A DNA stretch of 64,000 nucleotides from Sphingomonas sp. (GTDB lineage: Bacteria > Pseudomonadota > Alphaproteobacteria > Sphingomonadales > Sphingomonadaceae): positions 4,839 to 68,838 of the forward strand of contig NZ_JAKFCG010000045.1 in assembly GCF_036677245.1 (NCBI RefSeq), given 5' to 3'. The position numbers and the translations under genes were made by a program. Shown piece after piece: positions 18,718 through 28,596 of the stretch (positions are counted from its first letter, which is position 1; the number at the start of each line of letters is the position of its first letter). Below the pieces are notes generated by a model. The model ran no database searches. It was not told the origin of the DNA and saw only the letters and a list, made by a program, of their open reading frames with translations.

Positions 18718-19542
18718 TCACAGGATCACCAGCAGCAACCCCATCGTGGCGATGATCACCGGCAGCAGGCCGTCCAGCCTGTCCAGCACTCCGCCATGTC
18801 CGGGAAGGATCGTGCCGCTGTCCTTGACCCCCGCCCGCCGCTTCAGCCAGCTCTCATAGAGATCGCCTCCCTGCGCGATCAGCCCCATCAGCGCGCCGGC
18901 AAAGGCGAAGATCGGCTCGAGCGCGAACATTTGCGCGACCAGAAAGCCGATGATCCCCGCGCCGATCATGCCGCCGATGAGGCCGGCCCAGGTCTTGTTC
19001 GGGCTGATCCGCGGCGCAAGCTTGGGGCCGCCGATCGAGCGGCCTGCGAAATAAGCGAAAATGTCGGTCGCCCAGGTGACGACGAGCGCCCACAAGACGA
19101 GCTCGAACCACAGCCAGTGGAGGACCAGCAGGATGAAGGCGGGAAGCGCAAGATAGAGAAAGCCGCCGAGCATCGTCACGCGGCGGCTGGCAAGCCCGAT
19201 CAGCAGCGCCGGCAGCGCCGCGAGCGCGATCCCGGTCCAGGCCGGACCAAAGCTCGCCAGGCTGATCTCAGCATCCATTTCGTCGGCGGGAAACAGCCAT
19301 TGCGTGACGATGAGCAGGTAGACGACGATCAGCGCGGCGCTCGCCCAAGCCCATTTGCGGGGAACGCGGTGCATGTCGCTCCATTCGATCATCATGATCG
19401 CGGCAGCGGCGGCGACGAGGATCCTGAAATACCAGCCCCCATAAAAGACGGCCAGGAGAGCGACCGCGACCATGACGACGCCCGCGACGAAGCGGGTCGA
19501 GAGGTCCGGCGTGCGGATCGGATCTTCGGCGTCGCCGCTCAT
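18718..19542 (-). CDS. cdsA: Phosphatidate cytidylyltransferase
   Basis: SPNKTWAG, GDLYESWLKRRAGVKDSG..PGHGGVLDRLD. Confidence 0.95.
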   Translation of the reverse strand: MSGDAEDPIRTPDLSTRFVAGVVMVAVALLAVFYGGWYFRILVAAAAAIMMIEWSDMHRVPRKWAWASAALIVVYLLIVTQWLFPADEMDAEISLASFGPAWTGIALAALPALLIGLASRRVTMLGGFLYLALPAFILLVLHWLWFELVLWALVVTWATDIFAYFAGRSIGGPKLAPRISPNKTWAGLIGGMIGAGIIGFLVAQMFALEPIFAFAGALMGLIAQGGDLYESWLKRRAGVKDSGTILPGHGGVLDRLDGLLPVIIATMGLLLVIL

Positions 19543-20324
19543 CGGCCACCGAAGCGGCGCTCGCGGCCGGCATAATCGGCGAGCGCGGCGGCGAATGCCG
19601 CGCCGTCGAAGTCCGGCCACAAGGTGTCGACGAACAGAAGCTCGGCATAAGCCGCCTGCCAGAGCAGGAAATTGGACAGGCGATGCTCGCCCGAGGTGCG
19701 GATCAGCAGGTCGAGCGGCGGCAGCTCGGCGGTGTCGAGCTCGGCCTCGATCGCCGTTTCATCGATCGCTCCAGGGTCGATCTCGCCGGCGGCCGCACGT
19801 TCGGCGATCGCCCGCGCGGCGTGCACCAGCTCGGCGCGCGAACCGTAATTGAGCGCGATCACCAATGTTCGCTTGGTGTTGCCGGCCGTCTTGGCGACCG
19901 CCTGGTCGACCATCTTCGCCGTCTCGGCGGGGAACTTGCGGTGATCGCCGATGATCTTCAGCCGCACGCCCTCGGCGTGGAGCGCGTTGAGCTCGCGGCC
20001 GATGTAGAGCCTCAGCAGCCCCATCAGCGAATCGATCTCGTCGCCTGAGCGTTTCCAATTCTCGGACGAAAAAGCGTAGAGGGTCAGGCATTCGACCCCG
20101 GCGTCGCCCGCCGCGCGCAGAACCTTGCGCGCCGCCTCGGCACCGGCGCGGTGGCCGGCGACCCTCGGCAGGCCGCGTGCCTTGGCCCAGCGGCCGTTGC
20201 CATCCATGATGATCGCGACGTGGCGCGGCACCGCGCTAGACCCGCCGTCCTTCTCGGGGCCCCCGTCCTTCTCAGGCTTGGCGTCCTTCTCGGGCAGAGT
20301 GGTGCTGGCCGGCCGAGCGGTCAC
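19539..20324 (-). CDS. uppS: Undecaprenyl diphosphate synthase
   Basis: [42 protein letters not shown]. Confidence 0.96.
   Translation of the reverse strand: MTARPASTTLPEKDAKPEKDGGPEKDGGSSAVPRHVAIIMDGNGRWAKARGLPRVAGHRAGAEAARKVLRAAGDAGVECLTLYAFSSENWKRSGDEIDSLMGLLRLYIGRELNALHAEGVRLKIIGDHRKFPAETAKMVDQAVAKTAGNTKRTLVIALNYGSRAELVHAARAIAERAAAGEIDPGAIDETAIEAELDTAELPPLDLLIRTSGEHRLSNFLLWQAAYAELLFVDTLWPDFDGAAFAAALADYAGRERRFGGR
20241..20294 (-). repeat. 3 x 18-bp coding tandem repeat in the uppS N-terminus
   Basis: CCCGAGAAGGACGCCAAG / CCTGAGAAGGACGGGGGC / CCCGAGAAGGACGGCGGG encoding [18 protein letters not shown]. Confidence 0.85.
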
Positions 20325-20878
20325 TGCTGCAGGATTTCCTTTTCCTTGGCCGATGCCGCCGCGTCGATTTCGGCGATCGTCTCGTCGGTCAGCTTCTGGA
20401 CCTCGTTCTCGAGCCTTTTCTGATCGTCCTGGCCGATCTCGCCTTTCTTCTCGTCCTGCTTGACCAGATCCATGCCGTCGCGGCGCACGTTGCGCACCGC
20501 AATGCGCGCCTTTTCAGCATATTGGCCGGCAAGCTTCGCAAGCTCCTTGCGGCGTTCCTCGGTCAGATCGGGGATCGGCAGGCGGATATTCTGGCCATCG
20601 GAGATCGGGTTGAGGCCAAGCCCGGCGGAACGGATCGCCTTCTCGACCGCCGTGACGTTCGAGCGGTCCCAGACCTGCACGGAGAGCATGCGCGGTTCCG
20701 GCGCCGATACGGTGCCGACCTGGCTGAGCGGCATGGTGGCGCCATAGACCTCGACTACTACCGGATCGAGCAAGGTGGTCGAGGCGCGGCCGGTGCGGAG
20801 CCCGCCAAGGTCGTGCTTGAGGGCTTCGACGGCGCCGTGCATGCGCCGTTGCAGATCGGCTTTGTTATAGGCTGGCAT
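20321..20878 (-). CDS. frr: Ribosome recycling factor
   Basis: [28 protein letters not shown]. Confidence 0.97.
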   Translation of the reverse strand: MPAYNKADLQRRMHGAVEALKHDLGGLRTGRASTTLLDPVVVEVYGATMPLSQVGTVSAPEPRMLSVQVWDRSNVTAVEKAIRSAGLGLNPISDGQNIRLPIPDLTEERRKELAKLAGQYAEKARIAVRNVRRDGMDLVKQDEKKGEIGQDDQKRLENEVQKLTDETIAEIDAAASAKEKEILQQ

Positions 20879-20881
20879 CTC

Positions 20882-21604
20882 TCACTCCTCGTTCCGAACG
20901 ATCGTCGCAACGCCTTCACCCGCGAGCACGCGCACGAGATTGCCCTGTTCGCGGATGTTGAACACAACGATCGGGATATTGTTGTCGCGGCACAAGGCGA
21001 CAGCGCTTGCGTCCATCACCTTGAGATCATCGCTGAGCACCCGGCTGAAGCTCACCTGGTCATAGCGCGTGGCATCGCGCACCTTCTTGGGATCGGCGTT
21101 ATAGACGCCGTCGACGCTGGTGCCCTTGAACAAAGCATCGCAGCCCATCTCCGCCGCACGCAGTGCGGCGGCAGTGTCGGTGGTGAAGAACGGATTGCCG
21201 GTGCCGGCCGCGAATATCACCACCCGGCCCTTCTCCATATGGCGCATCGCGCGGCGCCTTATGTAGGGCTCGGACACCGATGCCATCGGGATCGCCGACT
21301 GGACTCTTGTGTCGACGCCGATCTTCTCGAGCGCATTCTGCATCGCAAGCGCATTCATCACCGTCGCGAGCATACCCATATAATCGGCGCTGGTGCGGTC
21401 GAAGCCCTTGGCCGCCGCGGCGAGGCCGCGAAAGATGTTGCCGCCGCCGACGACCACGCACAATTCGTGTCCCGCCTCCTGCGCCTGCTTGATCTCGCCG
21501 GCGAGCCGCGAGGTCGTGTCGGGGTCGATTCCGAACTGCCCCTCCCCCATCAACGCCTCGCCCGACAGCTTCAGCAGGATGCGGTTGAAGCGCGGGCGCG
21601 TCAT
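20882..21604 (-). CDS. pyrH: UMP kinase
   Basis: [27 protein letters not shown]. Confidence 0.97.
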   Translation of the reverse strand: MTRPRFNRILLKLSGEALMGEGQFGIDPDTTSRLAGEIKQAQEAGHELCVVVGGGNIFRGLAAAAKGFDRTSADYMGMLATVMNALAMQNALEKIGVDTRVQSAIPMASVSEPYIRRRAMRHMEKGRVVIFAAGTGNPFFTTDTAAALRAAEMGCDALFKGTSVDGVYNADPKKVRDATRYDQVSFSRVLSDDLKVMDASAVALCRDNNIPIVVFNIREQGNLVRVLAGEGVATIVRNEE

Positions 21605-21782
21605 AGGGATTTCGTCCGATCGGCTGATCAAAGTGGAAGGTGGCGCACCTTAATCAGGACGCGCCAGCCTGCCAAGGAATTGGTTTGCGCAGGCAGGCGT
21701 CGAAGCGATGGTCTTGAGGCAGACGGACCGGCCGTTCCCGCATCGGGGCCCGCACGGAAAAGCCGGTCCGGTTTGAGCTGCG

Positions 21783-22718
21783 TTAAGCGGGCTCGCGCAC
21801 GCCGGCCGCCGCGGCGACCTCGGCGGCGAAATCGCTTTCCTTCTTCTCGATGCCTTCGCCGAGCTGGAAGCGGACATAGGCAGCGAGGGTGATCTGCGAG
21901 CCGGTCTTCTTGGCCTCGGCAGCGATGACGTCCTCGACCTTGGTCTTGTTGTCCATCACGAACAGCTGGCTGAGCAGCGCATTTTCCTTGCGGAACTTGG
22001 CGATCGCGCCGTCGACCATCTTCTCGACGATATTCGCCGGCTTGCCCGATTCCGAGGCTTTCTCGGAGGCGATCGCGCGCTCGCGCTCGACCAAAGCCGG
22101 ATCGAGGTCCTCGCCGCGCAGCGCGAGCGGGTTGGCGGCGGCGATGTGCATCGCCAGCTGCTTGCCGAGCGCCTCGAGCGCGGCCTTGTCGCCATTGCCC
22201 TCGAGCGCGACCAGCACGCCGATCTTGCCGAGGCCCGCGGTGACGGCATTGTGGACGTAGGAGACGACTGCGCCTTCGGAGACTTCGACCACGCCAACGC
22301 GTCGCAGCGACTGATTCTCGCCGATCGTCGCGATGTTCGCGGTGAGCTTCTCCTCGACGGTGCCGCCCTCCGGCCAGCGCGCGGCGGCCAGCGCAGCGAC
22401 GTCGCCATTGCCGTCGAGCGCAAGCTCGGCGACGGTGCGGACGAAGTCCTGGAACTGCTCGTTCTTGGCGACGAAGTCGGTCTCGCTGTTGACCTCGACG
22501 ACGGCGCCCCTGGTGCCGCGCACGCTGACGCCGACAAGGCCCTCAGCCGCGGTGCGACCGGCCTTCTTCGCGGCGGCCGCCAGGCCCTTGGTGCGCAACC
22601 AGTCGATCGCGGCTTCCATGTCGCCGGCGGTCTCGCCGAGCGCTTTCTTGCAATCCATCATTCCGGCCCCGGTGCGCTCGCGCAGTTCCTTGACCGTTGC
22701 GGCAGTGACTTCCGCCAT
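21783..22718 (-). CDS. tsf: Elongation factor Ts
   Basis: [26 protein letters not shown]. Confidence 0.98.
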   Translation of the reverse strand: MAEVTAATVKELRERTGAGMMDCKKALGETAGDMEAAIDWLRTKGLAAAAKKAGRTAAEGLVGVSVRGTRGAVVEVNSETDFVAKNEQFQDFVRTVAELALDGNGDVAALAAARWPEGGTVEEKLTANIATIGENQSLRRVGVVEVSEGAVVSYVHNAVTAGLGKIGVLVALEGNGDKAALEALGKQLAMHIAAANPLALRGEDLDPALVERERAIASEKASESGKPANIVEKMVDGAIAKFRKENALLSQLFVMDNKTKVEDVIAAEAKKTGSQITLAAYVRFQLGEGIEKKESDFAAEVAAAAGVREPA

Positions 22719-22829
22719 GTTCCTGATCCTTCTCAGATAAGCTTGTGGGGCGGCTGCGCGCCCCTCCGCTATTTACCCTGTGTTGCCAGTGGAGCCCCGG
22801 CCGTGCCGGGCCTGGATCTCGACCAGGGC

Positions 22830-23588
22830 TCAGGCCTCGGCCAGAGCCTCTTCCGCCGGCGGCGCATCCATCGCGCCAATGTCCTCGCCGCGCGCGGCAG
22901 CGCCGCCCGTACGGCCACCAAGCGCCGCATCGGCGATCGCGTCGCAATAGAGGCGGATCGCCCGGCTCGCGTCGTCGTTGCCCGGGACCGGGAAGGCGAT
23001 GCCCTGCGGGCTGACGTTCGAATCGAGGATCGCGACGACCGGGATGCCGAGCACATTGGCTTCCTTGATCGCCAGCTCTTCCTTGTTGGCGTCGACGACG
23101 AAGATCACGTCGGGCAGGCCGCCCATGTCCCGGATGCCGCCGAGCGACAGCTCGAACTTGTCGCGCTCGCGGGTCAGCTGGAGGACCTCTTTCTTGGTGA
23201 GTCCGGTGGTATCACCGGACAGCTGCTCCTCGAGGCTCTTGAAGCGCTTGATCGAGTTGGAGATCGTCTTCCAGTTGGTGAGCATGCCGCCCAGCCAGCG
23301 GTGGTTGACGAAATGCTGCCCCGAGCGGCGCGCCGCCTCGGCGATCGGATCCTGCGCCTGGCGCTTGGTGCCGACGAACAGCACCTTGCCGCCGGCGGCG
23401 ACCGACTGGCGTACGAAGTCGAGCGCACGCGCGAACAACGGCACGGTCTGCGAAAGATCGATGATATGGACCCCGTTGCGTTCGCCGAAGATGTACGGCT
23501 TCATCTTGGGGTTCCAGCGATGGGTCTGGTGGCCGAAATGCGCTCCGGCCTCAAGCAATGCCTGCATGGAAACGTCTGGCGACGCCAT
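22830..23588 (-). CDS. rpsB: 30S ribosomal protein S2
   Basis: [33 protein letters not shown]. Confidence 0.98.
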   Translation of the reverse strand: MASPDVSMQALLEAGAHFGHQTHRWNPKMKPYIFGERNGVHIIDLSQTVPLFARALDFVRQSVAAGGKVLFVGTKRQAQDPIAEAARRSGQHFVNHRWLGGMLTNWKTISNSIKRFKSLEEQLSGDTTGLTKKEVLQLTRERDKFELSLGGIRDMGGLPDVIFVVDANKEELAIKEANVLGIPVVAILDSNVSPQGIAFPVPGNDDASRAIRLYCDAIADAALGGRTGGAAARGEDIGAMDAPPAEEALAEA

Positions 23589-23675
23589 GGTCTATTCTCC
23601 TTCCGGTTATACCTCTGCGGGGCCGAGAAGCTGGTTTCCCAACCACCGGTGATGATGGCTCCGCATGTGGAATGG
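23589..23675 (-). promoter_or_regulatory. Probable structured rpsB 5' leader (S2 autoregulation)
   Basis: About 85-nt leader with an internal hairpin (TGGTTGGGAAACCA) and GAGGTATAACC ahead of the SD; same position as known rpsB leaders, structure not computed. Confidence 0.45.
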
Positions 23676-23834
23676 CGCGCATCTAGCTGCGCCGGCGTCC
23701 GAAATCAAGATGTTGACGGTATTTGACGGGCGGACGCCCTGAGCCGCGACGCAAAGCACGCTTTGTCTCCGCGCTGCATCCCGGTCACGAGCATGCCGTT
23801 GTTCTCGCATTAATCGGAACGGCAGTTGACAACG

Positions 23835-23849
23835 GAACAAATCATGAAC
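23835..23849 (+). promoter_or_regulatory. Alphaproteobacterial LexA (SOS) box
   Basis: GAAC-AAATCAT-GAAC (perfect GAAC-N7-GAAC) directly after TTGACA at 23826-23831. Confidence 0.75.
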
Positions 23850-23871
23850 ATACAGTAGAAACAACATCGTA

Positions 23872-23897
23872 GGAACTTAATCCACCTCAAGGCCGTT
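23872..23897 (+). promoter_or_regulatory. EcfG/sigmaT general-stress promoter
   Basis: GGAAC-N17-CGTT ending 28 bp before the GTG at 23926. Confidence 0.6.
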
Positions 23898-23925
23898 TTG
23901 CTGTGGATAAAATAGGGGAAAAGCT

Positions 23926-24144
23926 GTGACTCACATTGCTGCAGGTCTATTTTTCGCACTGATCCTCATCGGTGCGGCGGCCGTCCTCCACATCACCGTT
24001 CGCGAGCATTTGAACGAGATCCTCGCCGCCTTGTTCGGCGAGGCCCAGGCGCGTCGCCAGCGCCCCTGGGGGCGCCGCGTCAGAGTGACGGTGCGGCGGG
24101 ATCCTGCGCCGGCGCGCGCGATGCAGCAGCGCGCTGCCGCTTGA
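23926..24144 (+). CDS. Small single-TM hypothetical protein, putatively SOS/stress induced
   Basis: 72 aa; AGGGGA SD; hydrophobic N-terminal helix followed by an Arg-rich tail; 3' end overlaps pssA convergently. Confidence 0.7.
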   Translation: MTHIAAGLFFALILIGAAAVLHITVREHLNEILAALFGEAQARRQRPWGRRVRVTVRRDPAPARAMQQRAAA

Positions 24145-24910
24145 CCTTCGCATAGCTGTAGATGCTGAGCGGGATCAGCAGCGCGTAGAGCAAAGCAGCG
24201 ACGCTGAGCGTCGGCCACGGCTTTTGCAGCAGCGCGGCGCCGACCACGACGATCAAGGCGAGCGCCCCGAGCCGGACGTGGCTGCGAAGGCGGACAGAGC
24301 CCCACGAGAAGGTCGCGAGGTTCGAGATCATCAGGAATGCGACCAGCGCCGACCACGGTGCCACCAGCCAAGGTTGACGGAAGACGTCATTCCCGGTCGC
24401 GAGCCACAGGAACAGCGGCAGGAACAGCAATCCCGCTCCGGCCGGCGCGGGGACGCCGGTCAGATAGCCGGCCGATTTGTGCGGCTGGTCGTCGGCATCG
24501 ATATTGGCGTTGAAGCGCGCGAGACGCAACGCCGCGCAGGCCGCGTAGGCGAGCGCGAACAACCAGCCCCATCCCGTCCAGAAGCCGAGCAGCTCTCCGG
24601 GCTCGAGCGGTTCGAGCACCCATTGATAGATGATCAGCGCCGGCGCGACGCCGAAGGCGGTGACGTCGGACAGCGAATCGAGCTCCGCACCGAACCGGCT
24701 GGCGCCGTTGAGCAGCCGTGCGATCCGCCCGTCCAGCCCGTCGAGCAATGCCGCTATCGCGATCGCGGCGGCGGCATTCCGCCACTCGCCGTCGATCCCG
24801 TAGCGGATCCCGAACAGCCCCGAGCAGAGCGCGAGCGCGGTGACCGCGTTGGGCACGATCGTCCGCAGCGGAATGCCTCGTCTTGGCCGTGGCGCGCCGC
24901 TTTGCCTCAC
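24080..24910 (-). CDS. pssA: Phosphatidylserine synthase (CDP-alcohol phosphatidyltransferase)
   Basis: DGLDGRIAR...[17 protein letters not shown]; follows psd. Confidence 0.92.
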   Translation of the reverse strand: MRQSGAPRPRRGIPLRTIVPNAVTALALCSGLFGIRYGIDGEWRNAAAAIAIAALLDGLDGRIARLLNGASRFGAELDSLSDVTAFGVAPALIIYQWVLEPLEPGELLGFWTGWGWLFALAYAACAALRLARFNANIDADDQPHKSAGYLTGVPAPAGAGLLFLPLFLWLATGNDVFRQPWLVAPWSALVAFLMISNLATFSWGSVRLRSHVRLGALALIVVVGAALLQKPWPTLSVAALLYALLIPLSIYSYAKVKRQRAAASRAPAQDPAAPSL

Positions 24911-25641
24911 TGGCTGATTCCGGACGGTGCCTCGGCGACGCCGATGCGGGCGACGATCGTCTCGCCCGCGATCGTGCGTTGGCCGAGCATCACCTGCGGG
25001 GCCGTGCCCACCGGGAGATAGACGTCGACCCGGCTGCCGAAGCGGATCAGGCCGACGCGCTGGCCGGCGCCGACGAAGTCGCCGACCTTGATCCAGGGCA
25101 CGATGCGCCGTGCGACCAGGCCCGCGATCTGGGTGAAGCCGACGCGGACACCCTCATTGCCTTCGACCAATATGTGCTGGCGCTCATTGTCCTCGCTGGC
25201 CTTGTCGAGGTCGGCGTTGAGGAACTTGCCGGCGATGTAGACGATGCGCGTGATCTTGCCGGCGATCGGCGCACGATTGATGTGGACGTCGAACACGCTC
25301 ATGAAGATCGACACGCGGGTCACCGGTGCGGCGCCGAGCGCATCCTCGCCGCTCAGCTCGCGCGGCGGCAGCACCTCGGTGATCATCGTCACCATGCCGT
25401 CGGCCGGGGCGATCACCAGCCCCTCCCCCTTTGGCGTCGTGCGGATCGGATCGCGAAAGAAGGCGGCGACCCACAAGGTCACGCCCGCCATCGGCCAGGC
25501 AAGCGTTTCCCACGCCAGCAGCGCAAACACCAGGCTGAGCGCCGCCGCGATGACCACGAACTTGCGACCTTCGGGATGGACGTTCGGCATCCGGTAGCGG
25601 ACGTTGGTGGTGACGAGGTCCGGCTTTTCGAGCGATGTCAT
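24907..25641 (-). CDS. psd: Phosphatidylserine decarboxylase proenzyme
   Basis: [34 protein letters not shown] autocleavage motif. Confidence 0.95.
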   Translation of the reverse strand: MTSLEKPDLVTTNVRYRMPNVHPEGRKFVVIAAALSLVFALLAWETLAWPMAGVTLWVAAFFRDPIRTTPKGEGLVIAPADGMVTMITEVLPPRELSGEDALGAAPVTRVSIFMSVFDVHINRAPIAGKITRIVYIAGKFLNADLDKASEDNERQHILVEGNEGVRVGFTQIAGLVARRIVPWIKVGDFVGAGQRVGLIRFGSRVDVYLPVGTAPQVMLGQRTIAGETIVARIGVAEAPSGISQ

Positions 25642-25951
25642 GCGGCGTCCTTAGACCGTGATCTCCTCCGGTCGAAATCCGTCAGGCACCAATTCCGCCC
25701 CCGAATGTCGAGAGCCGATCCAGGCCTTCCGCGAAACGTGAACGGCTTCGACCGAGGGTGCTCAGGCTCTTAGTCGCACCGCTGCGGCGAAACAACCGGC
25801 CAGCGCCAATCGCCCCAGACATGGACGAAGCCAGGGCCCAAGACAGCAACCATATGCGGGCGCGCCTCCTCCGGTTGATCAGCGCGCGTGCACCGCTTAC
25901 AGCGCCCCCCGAACGCGAACGAAGCAACCCAAAAAAGGAAGCGCACGCCCA

Positions 25952-27169
25952 ATGGCCAAAATCAAAGTCAAGACGCCGCTCGTGGAGCTCGACGGCGATG
26001 AGATGACCAGGATCATCTGGCAATGGATCCGCGAGCGGCTGATCCTGCCCTATCTCGACGTCGACCTGGTCTATTTCGACCTTGGGGTCGAGCATCGCGA
26101 CGAGACCGAGGACCGAGTCACGGTCGAAGCCGCCGAGGCGATCAAGAAATATGGCGTCGGCGTCAAATGCGCGACGATCACGCCCGACGAGGCGCGCGTC
26201 GAGGAGTTCGGCCTCAAGAAGATGTGGAAATCGCCCAACGGCACGATCCGCAACATCCTCGGCGGCGTCGTCTTCCGTGAGCCGATCGTGATCCAGAACG
26301 TGCCGCGGCTGATCCCGGGCTGGACCGACCCGATCGTCATCGGCCGTCATGCCTTCGGCGACCAATATCGCGCGACCGACTTCCGGGTGCCCGGTCCCGG
26401 CAAGCTGCGCATGGTCTGGGAAGGCGAGAATGGTGAGCGCATCGAAGAGGAAGTGTTCGATTTCCCGGGTTCGGGCGTCGCGATGGGCATGTACAATCTC
26501 GACGATTCGATCCGCGACTTCGCCCGCGCCAGCTTCAATTACGGTCTCGCCCGCGGCTGGCCGGTCTATCTTTCGACCAAGAACACGATCCTCAAGGCCT
26601 ATGACGGTCGCTTCAAGGATCTGTTCGAGGAGGTGTTCAACGCCGAGTTCAAGACGCAGTTCGACGCCGCCGGCATCGTCTACGAGCATCGCCTGATCGA
26701 CGACATGGTCGCCTCGGCGCTCAAATGGTCGGGCAAGTTCGTCTGGGCCTGCAAGAACTACGACGGCGACGTCCAGTCCGACCAGGTCGCGCAGGGTTTC
26801 GGCTCGCTCGGGCTGATGACCTCGGTGCTGATGACCCCCGACGGCAAGACGATCGAGGCCGAGGCGGCGCACGGCACCGTCACGCGCCATTACCGCATGC
26901 ACCAGCAGGGCAAGGCGACCTCGACCAACCCGATCGCGTCGATCTTCGCCTGGACCGGCGGCCTCAAATATCGTGGCAAGTTCGACGACACGCCCGAGGT
27001 GACCGCGTTCGCCGAGACGCTCGAGCGGGTCTGCATCGAAACCGTCGAGAGCGGCAAGATGACCAAGGACCTCGCCATCCTGATCGGCCCCGAGCAGAGC
27101 TGGATGACGACCGAGCAATTCTTCGAAGCGGTCCGCTCCAACCTCGAAAAGGCAATGGCCCCGGCCTGA
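25952..27169 (+). CDS. icd: NADP-dependent isocitrate dehydrogenase
   Basis: [42 protein letters not shown]. Confidence 0.97.
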   Translation: MAKIKVKTPLVELDGDEMTRIIWQWIRERLILPYLDVDLVYFDLGVEHRDETEDRVTVEAAEAIKKYGVGVKCATITPDEARVEEFGLKKMWKSPNGTIRNILGGVVFREPIVIQNVPRLIPGWTDPIVIGRHAFGDQYRATDFRVPGPGKLRMVWEGENGERIEEEVFDFPGSGVAMGMYNLDDSIRDFARASFNYGLARGWPVYLSTKNTILKAYDGRFKDLFEEVFNAEFKTQFDAAGIVYEHRLIDDMVASALKWSGKFVWACKNYDGDVQSDQVAQGFGSLGLMTSVLMTPDGKTIEAEAAHGTVTRHYRMHQQGKATSTNPIASIFAWTGGLKYRGKFDDTPEVTAFAETLERVCIETVESGKMTKDLAILIGPEQSWMTTEQFFEAVRSNLEKAMAPA

Positions 27170-27184
27170 GCGCCGCGCCGCTAA

Positions 27185-27250
27185 GGGTTCGCGCCGAGCC
27201 TGTCGAAAACCCCAATCCTGGGAGGGACTTCGACAGGCTCGGCCGACCCC
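27185..27250. repeat. REP-like palindrome
   Basis: Perfect 15-bp inverted repeat GCCGAGCCTGTCGAA (27193-27207) / TTCGACAGGCTCGGC (27229-27243). Confidence 0.75.
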
Positions 27251-27273
27251 TGACGAGAGTCAGATTATTTTTT
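27250..27273 (+). terminator. Probable intrinsic terminator of icd
   Basis: CTGAC-GAGA-GTCAG hairpin (GNRA loop) followed by ATTATTTTTT. Confidence 0.55.
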
Positions 27274-28557
27274 GTTTTCCGTCATTTCCGAGTCATCAGG
27301 TGATTCCACCTGACTTGAAATCACCGCAGGCGAGCGGATGTGCTCGGGCCTGATGCCGAAGCCGAGGAACGCCGCCGGAATCCGCCGCAGCAGCGGAAAG
27401 CGTGCGAGCAGCCGCAGCGGCAACGCCACTTTCACCGGTGCCGACCCCTCGAGCAGCGGCGTGATGATCCGGTCCTGCGCGGCCTTCTGGAATGCCTGGA
27501 CCGCACGAACCTGAAGCATGCGCCGCGCCCTGACCTTGGGCAGCAGGTGATCGACGTCCTTGTGCTTCGCCAGCGGGGCGGCGAGCAGGTTCGCCGCGGC
27601 GACCGCATCCTGGATGGCGACATTGATGCCGACACCGCCGATCGGCGACATCGCGTGGGCGGCATCGCCGATCACCAGAAAACCGGGTTCGTGCCAGCGC
27701 TCGAGCCGATCGAGCGCGACGCTGAGCAGTTTGACTTCATCCCAGCTTGCCACCGCGCCGACTTCGGCGGCGAGCATCGGCGCCCTTCGTGCGACGTCGC
27801 TGCGAAACGCATCGAGCCCGCGGGCGCGGACCTGCTCGGCCTGGCCCTTGGGAATGACATAGGCGCATTGCCAATAATCGCCGCGGTCGAGCAGCGCCAT
27901 CAGCCGTCCGCGGGTGAAGATCCCTGTGGTCTCGTTCTTCGCCGTCGGCCGCTTGGGGACGCGGAACCAGAAGACATCGATCGGCGCCCCCAGCGTTCGC
28001 AACGGAAGCTGCGCTTCCGCGCGCAGCCGCGAGCCCCTGCCGTCGGCGGCGATGACCAGCTTCGCACCGATCTGCCTTCGCTCGCCGTCCTTGCGATAGG
28101 CGACCCCGACCACCCTGCCCTGTCCGCGGACCAGGCCGGTCGCCTCGGCCTGCGTCAGCAGGCGGAAATGCGGATAGAGGCGGGCTTCGTCGGCGATGAA
28201 GTCGAGGAAGTCCCATTGCGGCATCAGCGCGGTGAAGTTCCAGCGCGCGTCGAAATGCGAGAAATCGGCAACCTCGATCAGGCGGTCGCCGACATAGGCC
28301 CTGATGTCATGGGCGCGATTGTGCGGACGCTGCAAAAATCGGTCGAGCAATCCCAGTTCGTGGAGCAGCCGCAAGGTCGAGGGATGCACCGTGTCGCCCC
28401 GAAAATCGCGGAGGAAATCGGCGTGCTTCTCGAGCACGACCGTCGGCACGCCGGCGCGTGCGAACAGCAGCCCCGCGAACAGCCCCGCAGGACCGCCGCC
28501 GACGATGCAGAGCTCCGGCGGGCGCTCCGGAGCGGGATCTGCCATTTCTTCCCCCAT
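27265..28557 (-). CDS. FAD-dependent oxidoreductase/monooxygenase (UbiH/PHBH-like fold)
   Basis: IVGGGPAG, DFRGDTVH, IAADGRGS, IGDAAHAMSPIGGVGIN; start uncertain (28545-28587). Confidence 0.85.
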   Translation of the reverse strand: MGEEMADPAPERPPELCIVGGGPAGLFAGLLFARAGVPTVVLEKHADFLRDFRGDTVHPSTLRLLHELGLLDRFLQRPHNRAHDIRAYVGDRLIEVADFSHFDARWNFTALMPQWDFLDFIADEARLYPHFRLLTQAEATGLVRGQGRVVGVAYRKDGERRQIGAKLVIAADGRGSRLRAEAQLPLRTLGAPIDVFWFRVPKRPTAKNETTGIFTRGRLMALLDRGDYWQCAYVIPKGQAEQVRARGLDAFRSDVARRAPMLAAEVGAVASWDEVKLLSVALDRLERWHEPGFLVIGDAAHAMSPIGGVGINVAIQDAVAAANLLAAPLAKHKDVDHLLPKVRARRMLQVRAVQAFQKAAQDRIITPLLEGSAPVKVALPLRLLARFPLLRRIPAAFLGFGIRPEHIRSPAVISSQVESPDDSEMTENKK

Positions 28558-28596
28558 CGCCGCTGACATTCGCGCCCAAAGCGGCATAAAGGCAAT

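Noticed and set aside
21700-21782. GGACCGGC...GCCGGTCC hairpin between tsf and pyrH as an ncRNA
   Set aside because: Position directly after the tsf stop fits an ordinary terminator or stability hairpin; no family motif recognised
23810-23880. Repeated (G)GAAC units as a possible CRISPR or iteron array
   Set aside because: Units are 4-5 bp with irregular spacing; better explained as LexA half-sites and an EcfG -35
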